Shown here: piece by piece, positions 38,167 through 47,336 of the stretch
Numbering within the stretch: the first letter of the stretch is position 1
Layout of the letters: each line of letters starts with the position of its first letter
Position numbers and translations under genes: made by a program
The notes under the pieces: generated by a model
What the model saw: the letters and a program-made list of their open reading frames with translations, nothing else
The model's database searches: none
What the model was told of the DNA's origin: nothing
From: Rhodothermales bacterium
Lineage (GTDB): Bacteria > Bacteroidota > Rhodothermia > Rhodothermales > JANQRZ01
Assembly: GCA_038232935.1 (NCBI GenBank)
Contig: JBBSMX010000006.1
Location: 1-58,576, forward strand
Length of the DNA: 58,576 bases
Reading direction: 5' to 3'

Positions 38167-38487
38167 ATGGCGCTCGCACGCGAAGGCTTTCTCATCATCG
38201 CTGGTTTTCTGGCGCTCGCGGCGCTCTGCGTCCTCGCCGGACTCTGGCTCGGCGGCGTGGCCGGGGTTGTGCTCATCGCCATCGGGCTCGTGTCGCTCGG
38301 GTTCTCCCGCGATCCCAAGCGGTTCCTGCACGAGGGTGCCAATGCGCTCATGCTCTCGCCCGTCCTGTTCAAGCAGATCGCGGGCACCGTCGCGCACCGG
38401 GAGACGGTGGTCGGCCACATCCCGGAGAGCCGACTCGGCGGGGCAGCGGCCTCGGCTCACTTGGCCGTACCTGACCCCCAGAGCTGA
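38167..38487 (+). pseudogene. psd: Internally deleted phosphatidylserine decarboxylase remnant
   Basis: MALAREG..TM..FSRDPKR....MLSP joined directly to VLFKQIAGTVAHR then ETVVG; these blocks are far apart in ~220 aa Psd proenzymes; FGS cleavage motif absent; coupled to pssA. Confidence 0.7.
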
Positions 38488-39305
38488 TGGTCGAGCCCAA
38501 GTCCGTCGCCAGCAAACGCCGTCGCCGCCGGGTCCGCCGCCGGCCCCGGATCTCGCGCGTGGCCGTCCCGTCGTTCTTCACCCTGATGAACCTGCTCAGC
38601 GGATTCTTCGCCGTCATCAGCACGGCCGAAGGCGAGTTCGAGAAGGCAGCGTGGCTGATCGTTGCGGCCGGCCTCTTCGATGCGCTCGACGGGATGATGG
38701 CACGGATCGCGAACGCCGTGAGCATGTTCGGTGTCGAGCTCGACTCGCTCGCCGATGTGGTCTCGTTCGGCGTAGCCCCGGCGTTCCTCCTCTACGAGTT
38801 CGGGCTGGACCGGCTCGGCCTGTTCGGCGTGATCATCGCCTCGCTGCCCGCGCTGTGCGGGGCCGTGCGGCTGGCCCGCTTCAACGTCGAGTTCGAGGGC
38901 GAGAAGAAGCCGTACTTCTCCGGGCTCCCGATCCCGGTCCAGGCCACGTTCGTCGTCGCCTTCATCCTCGTCTTCCACGACGGCCGGTGGTTCGAGGGCT
39001 TCGAGTGGGGCCGCGCCTCGATCCTGATCCCGATGGTCGTCGTGCTCTCGGTGCTGATGGTGTCGACGGTCCCGTTCGACGCGCTCCCGACGCCGACGCC
39101 GCGCTACCTCCGCGCCCACCCGAAAAAGGCCCTCGCCCTCCTGATCGCGATCGTGCTCGTGGTGACACTCCAAGAGGTCGGCCTCTTTATCACGCTCGCG
39201 GCGTACCTCGCCTACGGGATCGGCCGCGCCCTTCGCTGGGCGTTCCGAACCGCCTATGAGGAAGACGACGAGGACGCGCCGGAATCCGCCCTATCCGAAG
39301 CCTGA
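38487..39305 (+). CDS. pssA: CDP-diacylglycerol--serine O-phosphatidyltransferase
   Basis: FTLMNL..GF, DALDG..AR......FG.ELDSLAD.VSFG.AP, RLARFN, FSGLPIP. Confidence 0.92.
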   Translation: MVEPKSVASKRRRRRVRRRPRISRVAVPSFFTLMNLLSGFFAVISTAEGEFEKAAWLIVAAGLFDALDGMMARIANAVSMFGVELDSLADVVSFGVAPAFLLYEFGLDRLGLFGVIIASLPALCGAVRLARFNVEFEGEKKPYFSGLPIPVQATFVVAFILVFHDGRWFEGFEWGRASILIPMVVVLSVLMVSTVPFDALPTPTPRYLRAHPKKALALLIAIVLVVTLQEVGLFITLAAYLAYGIGRALRWAFRTAYEEDDEDAPESALSEA

Positions 39306-39319
39306 CGCCTCCGACTGCC

Positions 39320-39583
39320 ATGTTCAAAGCCACCATCCGCATCACCCTCCGCCCCTCGATTCTCGACCCGCAGGGCAAGGCGATCCACCACGCTCTCCAC
39401 AGCCTCGGCTATCCCGCCGTGGACGACGTGCGGGCGGGCAAACTCGTGGAGCTGTGGATCGACACCGACGACCGCGCGGAGGCGGAGCGCATCGCCCGAG
39501 AGGCGAGCCAGAAGCTGCTCGCGAACGGGGTCATGGAGGACTTCTCCGTCGAGGTCGAGCCGCTGGCTACGGCGGCGGCGTGA
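39320..39583 (+). CDS. purS: Phosphoribosylformylglycinamidine synthase subunit PurS
   Basis: ILDPQG, VRAGK, KLLAN.VME. Confidence 0.93.
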   Translation: MFKATIRITLRPSILDPQGKAIHHALHSLGYPAVDDVRAGKLVELWIDTDDRAEAERIAREASQKLLANGVMEDFSVEVEPLATAAA

Positions 39584-39945
39584 TGGGGATACCGCACCGA
39601 CTCCGCCGCGCCGTGGCGTCTCCTGTGGACGGATGGCCTCTCGCCGGACCCGCTGCGCCGGTGCCCGCCGCGCCGGAGGTGGATGTGGAGGTGCTCGACG
39701 AGACGGAGGAGCGGATCGCCACGCCGTGGCGGGTGATCCTCTACAACGACGAGATCCACACGTTCGAGGAGGTCATCTTCCAGGTCATGAAGGCCACCGG
39801 CTGTTCCGTCGAGCAGGCCGAGGCGCATGCATGGGCGGTCCACACGGAGGGCAAGGACCGTGTCTACGAGGGCGAGTTCGAAGACTGCTTCCGCGTGCAG
39901 GGCATCCTCCGCGAGATCGGGCTCGTCACGGAGATCGAGGGCTAG
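39583..39945 (+). CDS. clpS: ATP-dependent Clp protease adaptor ClpS family
   Basis: WRVILYNDEIHTFEEVI...VHTEG; TGATG overlap with purS. Confidence 0.85.
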   Translation: MGIPHRLRRAVASPVDGWPLAGPAAPVPAAPEVDVEVLDETEERIATPWRVILYNDEIHTFEEVIFQVMKATGCSVEQAEAHAWAVHTEGKDRVYEGEFEDCFRVQGILREIGLVTEIEG

Positions 39946-40001
39946 AAGTTAGAGGTTGTGGGCTTGAGGTTTCTTACTTCAATCCCCCCACCTCGAACCT
40001 T

Positions 40002-42503
40002 CTACCTCATAATCAGGTAGCTCAGCTTGATGAGGAAGACGTTTTCCGGATAGATGCGGAATGCATCGCCGAGCTGCGTGAACGTCGGGGTGGCGAAGGG
40101 GGAGGCAGTGTCGTCGTCGAAGAAGCGGACGGCGTCGTCCTCGCCGAAGCGGGTGTGGCTCCACACGACGAAGACCGTCGAGCCGGGCCGGTATTCCCAG
40201 CGGAGGACGGCGTTCGAGAGGAGCGACTCGACGGAGAAGGCACGGCGCTTGGGGTAGGCGTCGAACGGGCGGAGGTCGTCAGGGGCGGCGAGGAGCTGGA
40301 AGTCGCGGTAGCGGCCGCGCGCGGCGAAGAGCTGGGAGTAGAGTTGGAGCGAGAGGTTCGGGCGGAAGGTGACGCTCGTGCGGAGGGCGAGGTCGAGCGC
40401 GCGGGTGTCGCGGGCGCCGAAGACGGGGAGGTAGTACTCCCCCACCACCCCGTTGTAGACCGGGAGATCGTCGAACGAAGCTCCGAGCGCCGGGTCGCCG
40501 AACGGGACGAACCCGCTGACATCGGCGGGCGGGCCGTCGGTTTCGCCGATGGCGAGGCCGCTCTGGGTTCGGCGGAAGGACTCGTTCGCCGCCCATGCTA
40601 CTCGCCCGTCGTCGGACGCGTACTCCGCATCGAGCGAGAAGTCGAGCCGGTCGCTCGCGTTCCACTCGACTTCCATTTCGGCGCGCCAGCCGAGCCCGCC
40701 GCGCTCCTGAAACGAGAGCCCGGCCTCGGGCTCCAGCCGCAGGCGGCGGCGCGAGTCGGTCTCGTACGAGGCGTCCACGCTCGCCGAGCGCCGGTTGCGG
40801 ATCAGCCCGAGGCCGCGCGTCTCGCGCACGTCGAACCCGCCGAGCCCCTCGACGCCGACGTTCAGCCCGAACGCGCTGAAGTTCTTTAGGTCCCAGTTTG
40901 CGGAGGCCGAGCTGGAGAAGCCCCGGTTGACGAGCCCGGCGTAACTCCACGTCTGATCGCCGAACAGGTTTAGCCGGACGCGGCGGAACGGGCCGAGCGG
41001 CTTGCCGCCGTTCAAGTACGTGCTGCCTCCGCCCCCGACGCGGACGTAGTCGTTCTGCCGGAGCCGGCCGAGGTCGTTGGGGCGGAACGTATCGGTATAG
41101 ACGCGTAGCCCGGTGCCCCACGTCGTGTTGCCCCGAATCTTGTCGAGGCCGGTGTAGAGGGCGAACCCGGTTTCGCTCGGTGCCGTGCTCGCTGATGCTG
41201 TGGGTGTGCGATAGCTGCCGGTCGCCGCGCCGTCCCACCGGTACGTCCCGCCGCCGACACGCACGTCCCAGTCACCGCCACCGACGAGTGCGCGCGCACC
41301 GCTGAAGGTGCGCTCAGAGCCGACTTCGTCGACGTACGTCAGCCCGGCGCCGACGAACGAGCGCGCACCGAACTCCTGTTTGGCGCGCGCCGTGCCGAAA
41401 AGGCGAGCGGGGGAGAAGGCGTCGCCCGTCAGCGCGGCGAGGCCGCCGACGGAGAGGCCGCCGCTCGTCCGCCCCGTCAGTTTCGCCGCACCGATGATGG
41501 GGTCGGCCGCGCCGATGCGTCGGGTGTAGAGCAGTCGTCCGTCGCGCCCACTGTCGATGGTGTAGTCGAAAATCGCGGTGCCTTCGAGGAAGAACGGGCG
41601 GCGCTCCTCGAAGAACGTCTCGAACGTCGAGAGGTTGAGCTGGGCGGGGTCGGCGTCGACCTGCCCGAAGTCGGGATTGATCGTGGCGTCGAGGATGAGG
41701 TTCGAGGCGAGGCCGACTTTGAGATCCGCACCGACATCGGCTCCGAACGAGGCGTCGGCGTTGCCGGGGCGTTGGGTGTCCTCGAATGTGCGGGCGCGCG
41801 AGAGGGTGTAGGGGCGGAGTTGGAACGTCCGGCGCGGCGCGATCCCCCGCAGCCCCGTCAGCCGGCCGGCGATGAACCCGGTGCCCTGCTCCTCGCGCGT
41901 GACGGGCTGCCAGAAATCCTCCTCGCTCCGGCGCGGGATCGTCCGCTGGAACTGCACGCCCCACGTCTGCTCCTCGGCTGGGGAGAAACGGAGCATCGAA
42001 TACGGGATTGCGAGCTCGGCGACCCATCCCTCGGGCGTGACGCGGACGGCCGAGTCCCAGACGGCGTCCCACGAGGTGTCCGAGTCGTCTCCGGTCTGCA
42101 CGGCGTCGAGCTGCACACCGGCGGCGGTGACGGCGAAGAGGTACGCCGATTTCTGGTCGAGGTACCCGTTGATCCCAACGACGAAGAGGGCCGCGCCGCC
42201 GTCGTCGTCGCGGCGGCTGAGCGGGCGGCGGATCTGCTCCGGCTCAGGGTCGGACATCACCGCGCCGACGTAGAGCGTCGTCGCGCCGTAGAGCACGCGG
42301 ACTTCGGTGGAGAAGGACGCCGGCGCACCCTCGTCCGGCTCGAACTGGACGAAGTCCGTCGCCACGCCGGCTGCGTCCCACGCCGCCTCGTCGAGCCGCC
42401 CGTCGATGGACAGCGGGCCGTCCACGGGCGCGGCGGTGACGGTGCGCGGTTCGGTGTCCGGGGGCACCGCGAGGAGGGCGGTCAGCAGCAGGAAAAGCGT
42501 CAT
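40002..42503 (-). CDS. CBM9-like plus DUF5916 outer-membrane protein
   Basis: IDGRLDEAAW, WDAVW, ELAIPYSMLRF, TINPDFGQVDAD, FFEERRPFFLEG, LRWEYRPGS. Confidence 0.85.
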   Translation of the reverse strand: MTLFLLLTALLAVPPDTEPRTVTAAPVDGPLSIDGRLDEAAWDAAGVATDFVQFEPDEGAPASFSTEVRVLYGATTLYVGAVMSDPEPEQIRRPLSRRDDDGGAALFVVGINGYLDQKSAYLFAVTAAGVQLDAVQTGDDSDTSWDAVWDSAVRVTPEGWVAELAIPYSMLRFSPAEEQTWGVQFQRTIPRRSEEDFWQPVTREEQGTGFIAGRLTGLRGIAPRRTFQLRPYTLSRARTFEDTQRPGNADASFGADVGADLKVGLASNLILDATINPDFGQVDADPAQLNLSTFETFFEERRPFFLEGTAIFDYTIDSGRDGRLLYTRRIGAADPIIGAAKLTGRTSGGLSVGGLAALTGDAFSPARLFGTARAKQEFGARSFVGAGLTYVDEVGSERTFSGARALVGGGDWDVRVGGGTYRWDGAATGSYRTPTASASTAPSETGFALYTGLDKIRGNTTWGTGLRVYTDTFRPNDLGRLRQNDYVRVGGGGSTYLNGGKPLGPFRRVRLNLFGDQTWSYAGLVNRGFSSSASANWDLKNFSAFGLNVGVEGLGGFDVRETRGLGLIRNRRSASVDASYETDSRRRLRLEPEAGLSFQERGGLGWRAEMEVEWNASDRLDFSLDAEYASDDGRVAWAANESFRRTQSGLAIGETDGPPADVSGFVPFGDPALGASFDDLPVYNGVVGEYYLPVFGARDTRALDLALRTSVTFRPNLSLQLYSQLFAARGRYRDFQLLAAPDDLRPFDAYPKRRAFSVESLLSNAVLRWEYRPGSTVFVVWSHTRFGEDDAVRFFDDDTASPFATPTFTQLGDAFRIYPENVFLIKLSYLIMR

Positions 42504-42591
42504 GCCGGAAGATACCGGGGGTGCCCGCGGCGAACGGTCGTCGCTACCTTCCGCGTCGTGAAATCGTCGTAGAATGCTCCCGACCGGTTCG

Positions 42592-43216
42592 ATGTCCGAC
42601 ACGTACCGCACGATCCTCCGCACCGCGCTAGCCGAGCCTCCGAAGACGAAGGGCTCGCGCTTCATCGGCGAGGCGTTCCCGGCGACGACCGAAGCCGAGG
42701 CAGAGTCTCGCCTCGAAGCCGTCCGGAAGCGCGAGCACGCCGCGACGCACTGGTGCTGGGCGTGGCGGCTCGGCATCGAGGGTGATGTCTTCCGATACAA
42801 CGACGACGGCGAGCCGAGCGGCAGCGCGGGCGCGCCGATCCTCCGGCAGATCGACGCCCGCACTCTCACGAACACGGTCGTCGTGGTGACGCGCGCGCTA
42901 CTACGGCGGGACGAAGCTCGGCACCGGCGGCCTCGTCCGCGCCTACGGCGATGCTGCCTCTGACGTGCTTGACGCGGCGCGCATCGTCGAGCGGGTGATC
43001 CGCGTGGCGGTCCGCCTCCGGTTCGCCTACGACGACACCTCGCCCGCGATGCACACCATCAGCCGGTTCGACGCTGAGATCGCCGAGCAGCACTACACCG
43101 ACGACACCGAACTCGTCGTCCTCGTCCGTCGCTCCGAGGCGGAGCCGCTGCGGGCGGCGTTCGTCGAAGCCCTCGGCGGGCGGGGCGAGGTCGGGATCGA
43201 ACGCGCAGAGCATTGA
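42592..43216 (+). pseudogene. yigZ: YigZ/IMPACT family gene interrupted by +4 frameshift
   Basis: KGSRF, ATHWCWAW, DDGEPSGSAG, VVVTR then YYGGTKLGTGGLVRAY in another frame; extra gcgc in the (GC)n run at 42890-42898. Confidence 0.85.
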
Positions 43217-43266
43217 CGATCTCGGGCGGCGCGAGCTATCCTCCGGCATCACCCACCGACAGGTCC

Positions 43267-44394
43267 ATGGAACGCAGACGGTTCATTCGCAAGGCGGCGC
43301 TCGGCGCGGCAGCCACCACGACGCTCGCCGCGTGCGGCAACCGGGAGGCGGGCGCCGAGGGCGGAGCGCCCGCCGTCGCGGGCCGGCGCGTCCGCTGGCG
43401 GCTCGCTTCCAGCGTCCCGCGCTCGTCCGACATCATCTACCGCGCGTCGGAGACCCTGGCCGAGCGCGTCGCGGCGCTGACGGACGGGATGTTCGAGATC
43501 CGGGCCTACCCGGCGGGGGAGATCGTCCCCGGCCTGCAAGTGCTCGACGCGGTGCAGAACCGGACCGTCGCCATCGGCCACACGGCGGGGTATTACTACG
43601 TCGGCAAAAACCCGGCGCTGGCGTTCGAGACCGGCGTGCCGTTCGGGCTGACGCCGCGGCAGCACAACGCGTGGCTGCTCTACGGCGGCGGCCTCGACCG
43701 AACCCGTGCGCTGCTGGCCGACTTCGGCGTCGTGAGCTTCCCCGGCGGGAACACGGGCGCGCAGATGGGCGGCTGGTGGCGGCGCGAGATCGGCTCGCTT
43801 GCCGACCTGCGCGGGCTCAAGATGCGGATCCCCGGCCTCGGCGCGCAGGTGATGGACCGGCTCGGCGTGACAGCACTCACGCTCCCCGGCGGCGAGATCT
43901 ACCAGGCCCTCGAACGCGGTACCATCGATGCGACCGAGTGGATCGGGCCGTACGACGACGAGAAGCTCGGCTTCCAAAAGGTCGCCACGCACTACTACTA
44001 CCCCGGCTGGTGGGAGCCCAGCGCGATGCTCGCGTTTTACGTCAATCAGGCGGAGTGGGACCGGCTGCCGGGCGCGTACCAGCAGGCGCTCGACGTCGCT
44101 TCGCAGGAGGTGAACGTGCGGATGCTGGCCGAGTACGACGCCAAGAATCCGCTCGCGCTCCAGCGGCTGATCAGCGAGGGCGTTCAGCTCCACGCCTTCC
44201 CCGACGACGTGATGCAGGCGGCCTACGACGCGTCCCAGTCGCTCTACGCCGAGGCCGCGCGCGGCGATGCGGGCTACCGTGGGCTCTACGACCACTACGC
44301 CGGCTTCCAGCGCGACGCCGACCGCTGGTTCGGACTCGCCGAGCAGACCTACGCGAACTTCGCTTTTCCGCTCACGAACCGACAGGCTGGATAG
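43267..44394 (+). CDS. dctP: TRAP transporter substrate-binding protein (TakP-like), Tat lipoprotein
   Basis: RRRFI twin-Arg, LAAC lipobox, GNTGAQMGGW, GLKMRIPGLG, YYYPGWWEP. Confidence 0.9.
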   Translation: MERRRFIRKAALGAAATTTLAACGNREAGAEGGAPAVAGRRVRWRLASSVPRSSDIIYRASETLAERVAALTDGMFEIRAYPAGEIVPGLQVLDAVQNRTVAIGHTAGYYYVGKNPALAFETGVPFGLTPRQHNAWLLYGGGLDRTRALLADFGVVSFPGGNTGAQMGGWWRREIGSLADLRGLKMRIPGLGAQVMDRLGVTALTLPGGEIYQALERGTIDATEWIGPYDDEKLGFQKVATHYYYPGWWEPSAMLAFYVNQAEWDRLPGAYQQALDVASQEVNVRMLAEYDAKNPLALQRLISEGVQLHAFPDDVMQAAYDASQSLYAEAARGDAGYRGLYDHYAGFQRDADRWFGLAEQTYANFAFPLTNRQAG

Positions 44395-44778
44395 ATGGCA
44401 CACATTCGAGGTATCGGCGGCGTTTTCCTCTACGCCCGCGACCCACAGGCCCTCGCCGACTGGTACCAGCAGCACCTCGGCATCGAGATCGTCACGTACG
44501 AGGCAGGGGCCAACTATGCCCACGAGTTCGGCTGGGACGCTGAGCATGACTTCCGCCGCAACACGACGTGGGCGATCCTGCAAGCCTCCGACGAGCAAGC
44601 CGCCGCCGCCCCGCGCACCGTCGTGAACTACCACGTCGACGACCTGCCGGGCCTCCTCACCGCGCTGCGCGAGCAGGGCGTCGAGGTCGATAAGACGGAG
44701 GACTACGACTACGGTCGGTTCGCGTGGATCACCGATCCCGAAGGCTATCGGATCGAGCTGTACGAGGCGCTCGTGTGA
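44395..44778 (+). CDS. VOC/glyoxalase family protein
   Basis: GIGGVF..ARDP..L..WY...LG; NYHVDDL; YGRFAWITDPEGYRIEL. Confidence 0.88.
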   Translation: MAHIRGIGGVFLYARDPQALADWYQQHLGIEIVTYEAGANYAHEFGWDAEHDFRRNTTWAILQASDEQAAAAPRTVVNYHVDDLPGLLTALREQGVEVDKTEDYDYGRFAWITDPEGYRIELYEALV

Positions 44779-44842
44779 CGGGGCCGTGAGGATCAGCGGC
44801 GACGGTGCGGGGTATGCTGAGGCCGAACCCAACACTGCCGCT

Positions 44843-45790
44843 ATGCCTGCCCGCCTCCTCGCCTTTGCCCTCGTCGTCACCCTCGCCGCGTGCGCGAAGC
44901 CGTCGGCCGAAGGGCCGCCCGGCGCGCCCGTCCGCACCGCCGCCGTCGAGGCGGACGATGTCAGCGTGCCCGCCGACTCGTTCGCGGCGTACTGGTACCA
45001 GGGCCTCGCCGAGATCACGAGCTACGACCTGGAGCAGGCGCGCTACGGCGAGATCCACCCCGGCGAGGCCGTGCTGATCTACGTCACCGAGCCGTTCTTC
45101 GAAGCGGAGCAGGTGAAAGCCGACGATCCGAACGCCGCCGGGGCCGTCACCGTCCTCAAGATGAACGCCACGCGGAAGTTCAACACCGGCGTCTACCCGT
45201 ACTCGATGATGACCTCCGTCTTCACCCCGGTCCAGCGCGACGAACACGGGCCGACGCTGAAGGTCACGGCCACGTCGCAGGAGTGGTGCGGCCACACGTT
45301 CACCCAGCTCAACCGCGTCGCCGACGGGTACCGGCTCCGGCTGTTCTCGTACTTCGAAGGCGAGGGCGATCAGGACCGGACGCTCGGCGCGCCGCTCGAA
45401 GACGGCCTCTGGACGCTCCTTCGCCTCAACCCCGACGCGCTTCCGACCGGCGAGATCACGCTCGTCCCCGGCACGATCTACCAGCGCCTCAGCCACCTCG
45501 ACCTCGAACCCAAGCAGGCGACGGCGACCCTCACGGACGCCGCCGCGCCCGGCCTGCGGACGTACACCCTGACCTATCCCGACCTCGACCGCACGCTCAC
45601 CATCACCTTCACCGCCGACTTCCCGCACACCGTGGAGGGCTGGACCGAGACGTACCGCTCCGGCTTCGGCGATGCCGCCCGGACGCTCACGACGACGGCG
45701 ACGCGGAAAAAGTGTGAGATGCTGGCCTATTGGTCGCGCAACAAGCGCGCAGACACCCCGCTCCGCGAGACGCTCGGGCTCGACAGTTGA
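44843..45790 (+). CDS. Conserved hypothetical lipoprotein
   Basis: Lipobox LAAC; YWYQG.AEITSY.LEQARYGE, FNTGVYPYS, QEWCGH. Confidence 0.75.
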   Translation: MPARLLAFALVVTLAACAKPSAEGPPGAPVRTAAVEADDVSVPADSFAAYWYQGLAEITSYDLEQARYGEIHPGEAVLIYVTEPFFEAEQVKADDPNAAGAVTVLKMNATRKFNTGVYPYSMMTSVFTPVQRDEHGPTLKVTATSQEWCGHTFTQLNRVADGYRLRLFSYFEGEGDQDRTLGAPLEDGLWTLLRLNPDALPTGEITLVPGTIYQRLSHLDLEPKQATATLTDAAAPGLRTYTLTYPDLDRTLTITFTADFPHTVEGWTETYRSGFGDAARTLTTTATRKKCEMLAYWSRNKRADTPLRETLGLDS

Positions 45791-45823
45791 GGCGAAGCAC
45801 CGAGCCCCGGGTTTGGCCCTCTG

Positions 45824-46171
45824 TCAGAGGCTATGTTCGGAGAAGAGAATCGCCCGTGACCTCTCGGCACCGGCGAGCAAGCCCAAGTCGTTCGGCGTCG
45901 GCTTCGCGCAGGGAGATGCGCCTACCTCGCCCGCTACAACGGCCGCCTCCGGGGAGAAATAGACGTTGACGTCACAGTGGAGACGCCCTTCGGATTCGTA
46001 GCGGACGAACGCAGCCATCCCATCCGGCCTGCCCGCCTTCTCGTACTCCGCCGCGAACAGGCGCTCGATGTGGCGTAGCGGTTCGCCAGCCAGCATGCCA
46101 TCCCCCAGGCTCTTGCAGAACCAACGGCGCATTGGACGGCTGGCGGTAGGATGGGAGTTCGAGGAAGGCAT
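45824..46171 (-). CDS. Hypothetical protein
   Basis: 115 aa ORF downstream of DinB gene on same strand; start uncertain. Confidence 0.55.
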   Translation of the reverse strand: MPSSNSHPTASRPMRRWFCKSLGDGMLAGEPLRHIERLFAAEYEKAGRPDGMAAFVRYESEGRLHCDVNVYFSPEAAVVAGEVGASPCAKPTPNDLGLLAGAERSRAILFSEHSL

Positions 46172-46213
46172 TTCGCAGATTTTGCGATGCGGCTGTCCCG
46201 TGGCAGCGCTTGG

Positions 46214-46744
46214 CTAGGGCCGATCCAGCACGGGCAGATACGCCCGCCACGGACCGACCTCGTCGCGGTAACCCTTCGCCATCGCCCGCGTGATCTGAGC
46301 GATGTGGCCGAGGTCGTGGACGACCCACGCTGCGAGCAACTCGTGCAGCGTCACCAGTCCGAAGTCAGGGTGCCGCCCCGTGCGGTCGAGGTCGGCGGGG
46401 GAGAGGGCGAGGGCATCAAGGGCACGGAGGTTCTCGGCGCGGAGCGTGGCGAACGTGTCCAGTAACTCGTTGAGCGTCGCTCCTTGACTGGCCTCCTCCT
46501 GCGCGAAGCGGTCGAACGGCTCGAACGTGTGTGGGCCGTCGGACTGGAGGATGAGCTTCGTCCGGACGAGCCAGTCCGTCCGCTCGCCGTGGATGAGGTG
46601 GCCGACCACGTCGAACGGGCTCCACGTCTTCGGCCCTTCGTCGGCGTGCACGAACGGTTCGGGGAGGTCGCCCAGGAGGGCGTGGAGGGTGTCGGGCGTG
46701 CGCGCGAGGACCGAGCGGGCGTGGCCGAACTCGAATGGGATCAT
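46214..46744 (-). CDS. DinB family protein
   Basis: WSPFDVVGHL, HPDFG.VTL..LL..WVVHDLGH. Confidence 0.9.
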   Translation of the reverse strand: MIPFEFGHARSVLARTPDTLHALLGDLPEPFVHADEGPKTWSPFDVVGHLIHGERTDWLVRTKLILQSDGPHTFEPFDRFAQEEASQGATLNELLDTFATLRAENLRALDALALSPADLDRTGRHPDFGLVTLHELLAAWVVHDLGHIAQITRAMAKGYRDEVGPWRAYLPVLDRP

Positions 46745-47193
46745 GGGCAGTCGGCGGGGCGGATGCGGGCTTGGTGCTCGGTACGGAGGCGCTGGTAGGT
46801 TGGGTCCGACTTAGCGGACTTCAGGTGCGCGTCGAAGATCAGCGCGGCTTCGCGCTTCTCGGCGTCGGCCCATCGCTCGGGCTCGCGGGCGTTTCGATCT
46901 TCGTCGTACTTCCGGCCGCCGGGGTACTTCGCGTAGCGCATCGCTCGCGTGTAACCCATCTGCAAGTACTTCCGCGCCATGTCCATCCCGATGAAGTCCT
47001 CGGCGGCGCGGTACGCCTCGAACTTCGCCCAGATCGCCTCCGAGGACGTGCGCGCCGCATCCGGTGTTTTGAACGACCACAGCGGGAGCAACTCGGACTT
47101 GTACGGTTGCACTTTGAAGACGCCGCGCTCGCCGCGCCCGATCTCGTAGCACTCGGGCCGTTCGCGGAAGTCGATGTCGTATTCGACGCTCAC
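46741..47193 (-). CDS. DUF4385 family protein
   Basis: GRGERGVFKVQPYKSELLPLW.FKTP, MDMARKYLQMGYTRAMRYA. Confidence 0.8.
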   Translation of the reverse strand: MSVEYDIDFRERPECYEIGRGERGVFKVQPYKSELLPLWSFKTPDAARTSSEAIWAKFEAYRAAEDFIGMDMARKYLQMGYTRAMRYAKYPGGRKYDEDRNAREPERWADAEKREAALIFDAHLKSAKSDPTYQRLRTEHQARIRPADCP

Positions 47194-47336
47194 AGCGGGG
47201 GCGTTCGGTGAGAAAGGAACGAAAGGTAAAACATGGTAACGCCGTCGGCGTTGGAGAAGGCGCCTACTCCGCTGCCACAGCGCGGCGGCTCATCGGGCTC
47301 CTTCCTTTCTGTCTTCTCTCTTCTTGCTCAACCGCC

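Noticed and set aside
37088-38179. Short ORFs across the WS/DGAT-psd intergenic region
   Set aside because: Arg/Ser-rich, overlapping on both strands, lacking host codon bias or motifs; RNA structure explains the region better
44843-45790. Maf/septum-inhibitor function for this family
   Set aside because: No Maf motifs; it has a lipoprotein signal, so it was left as hypothetical
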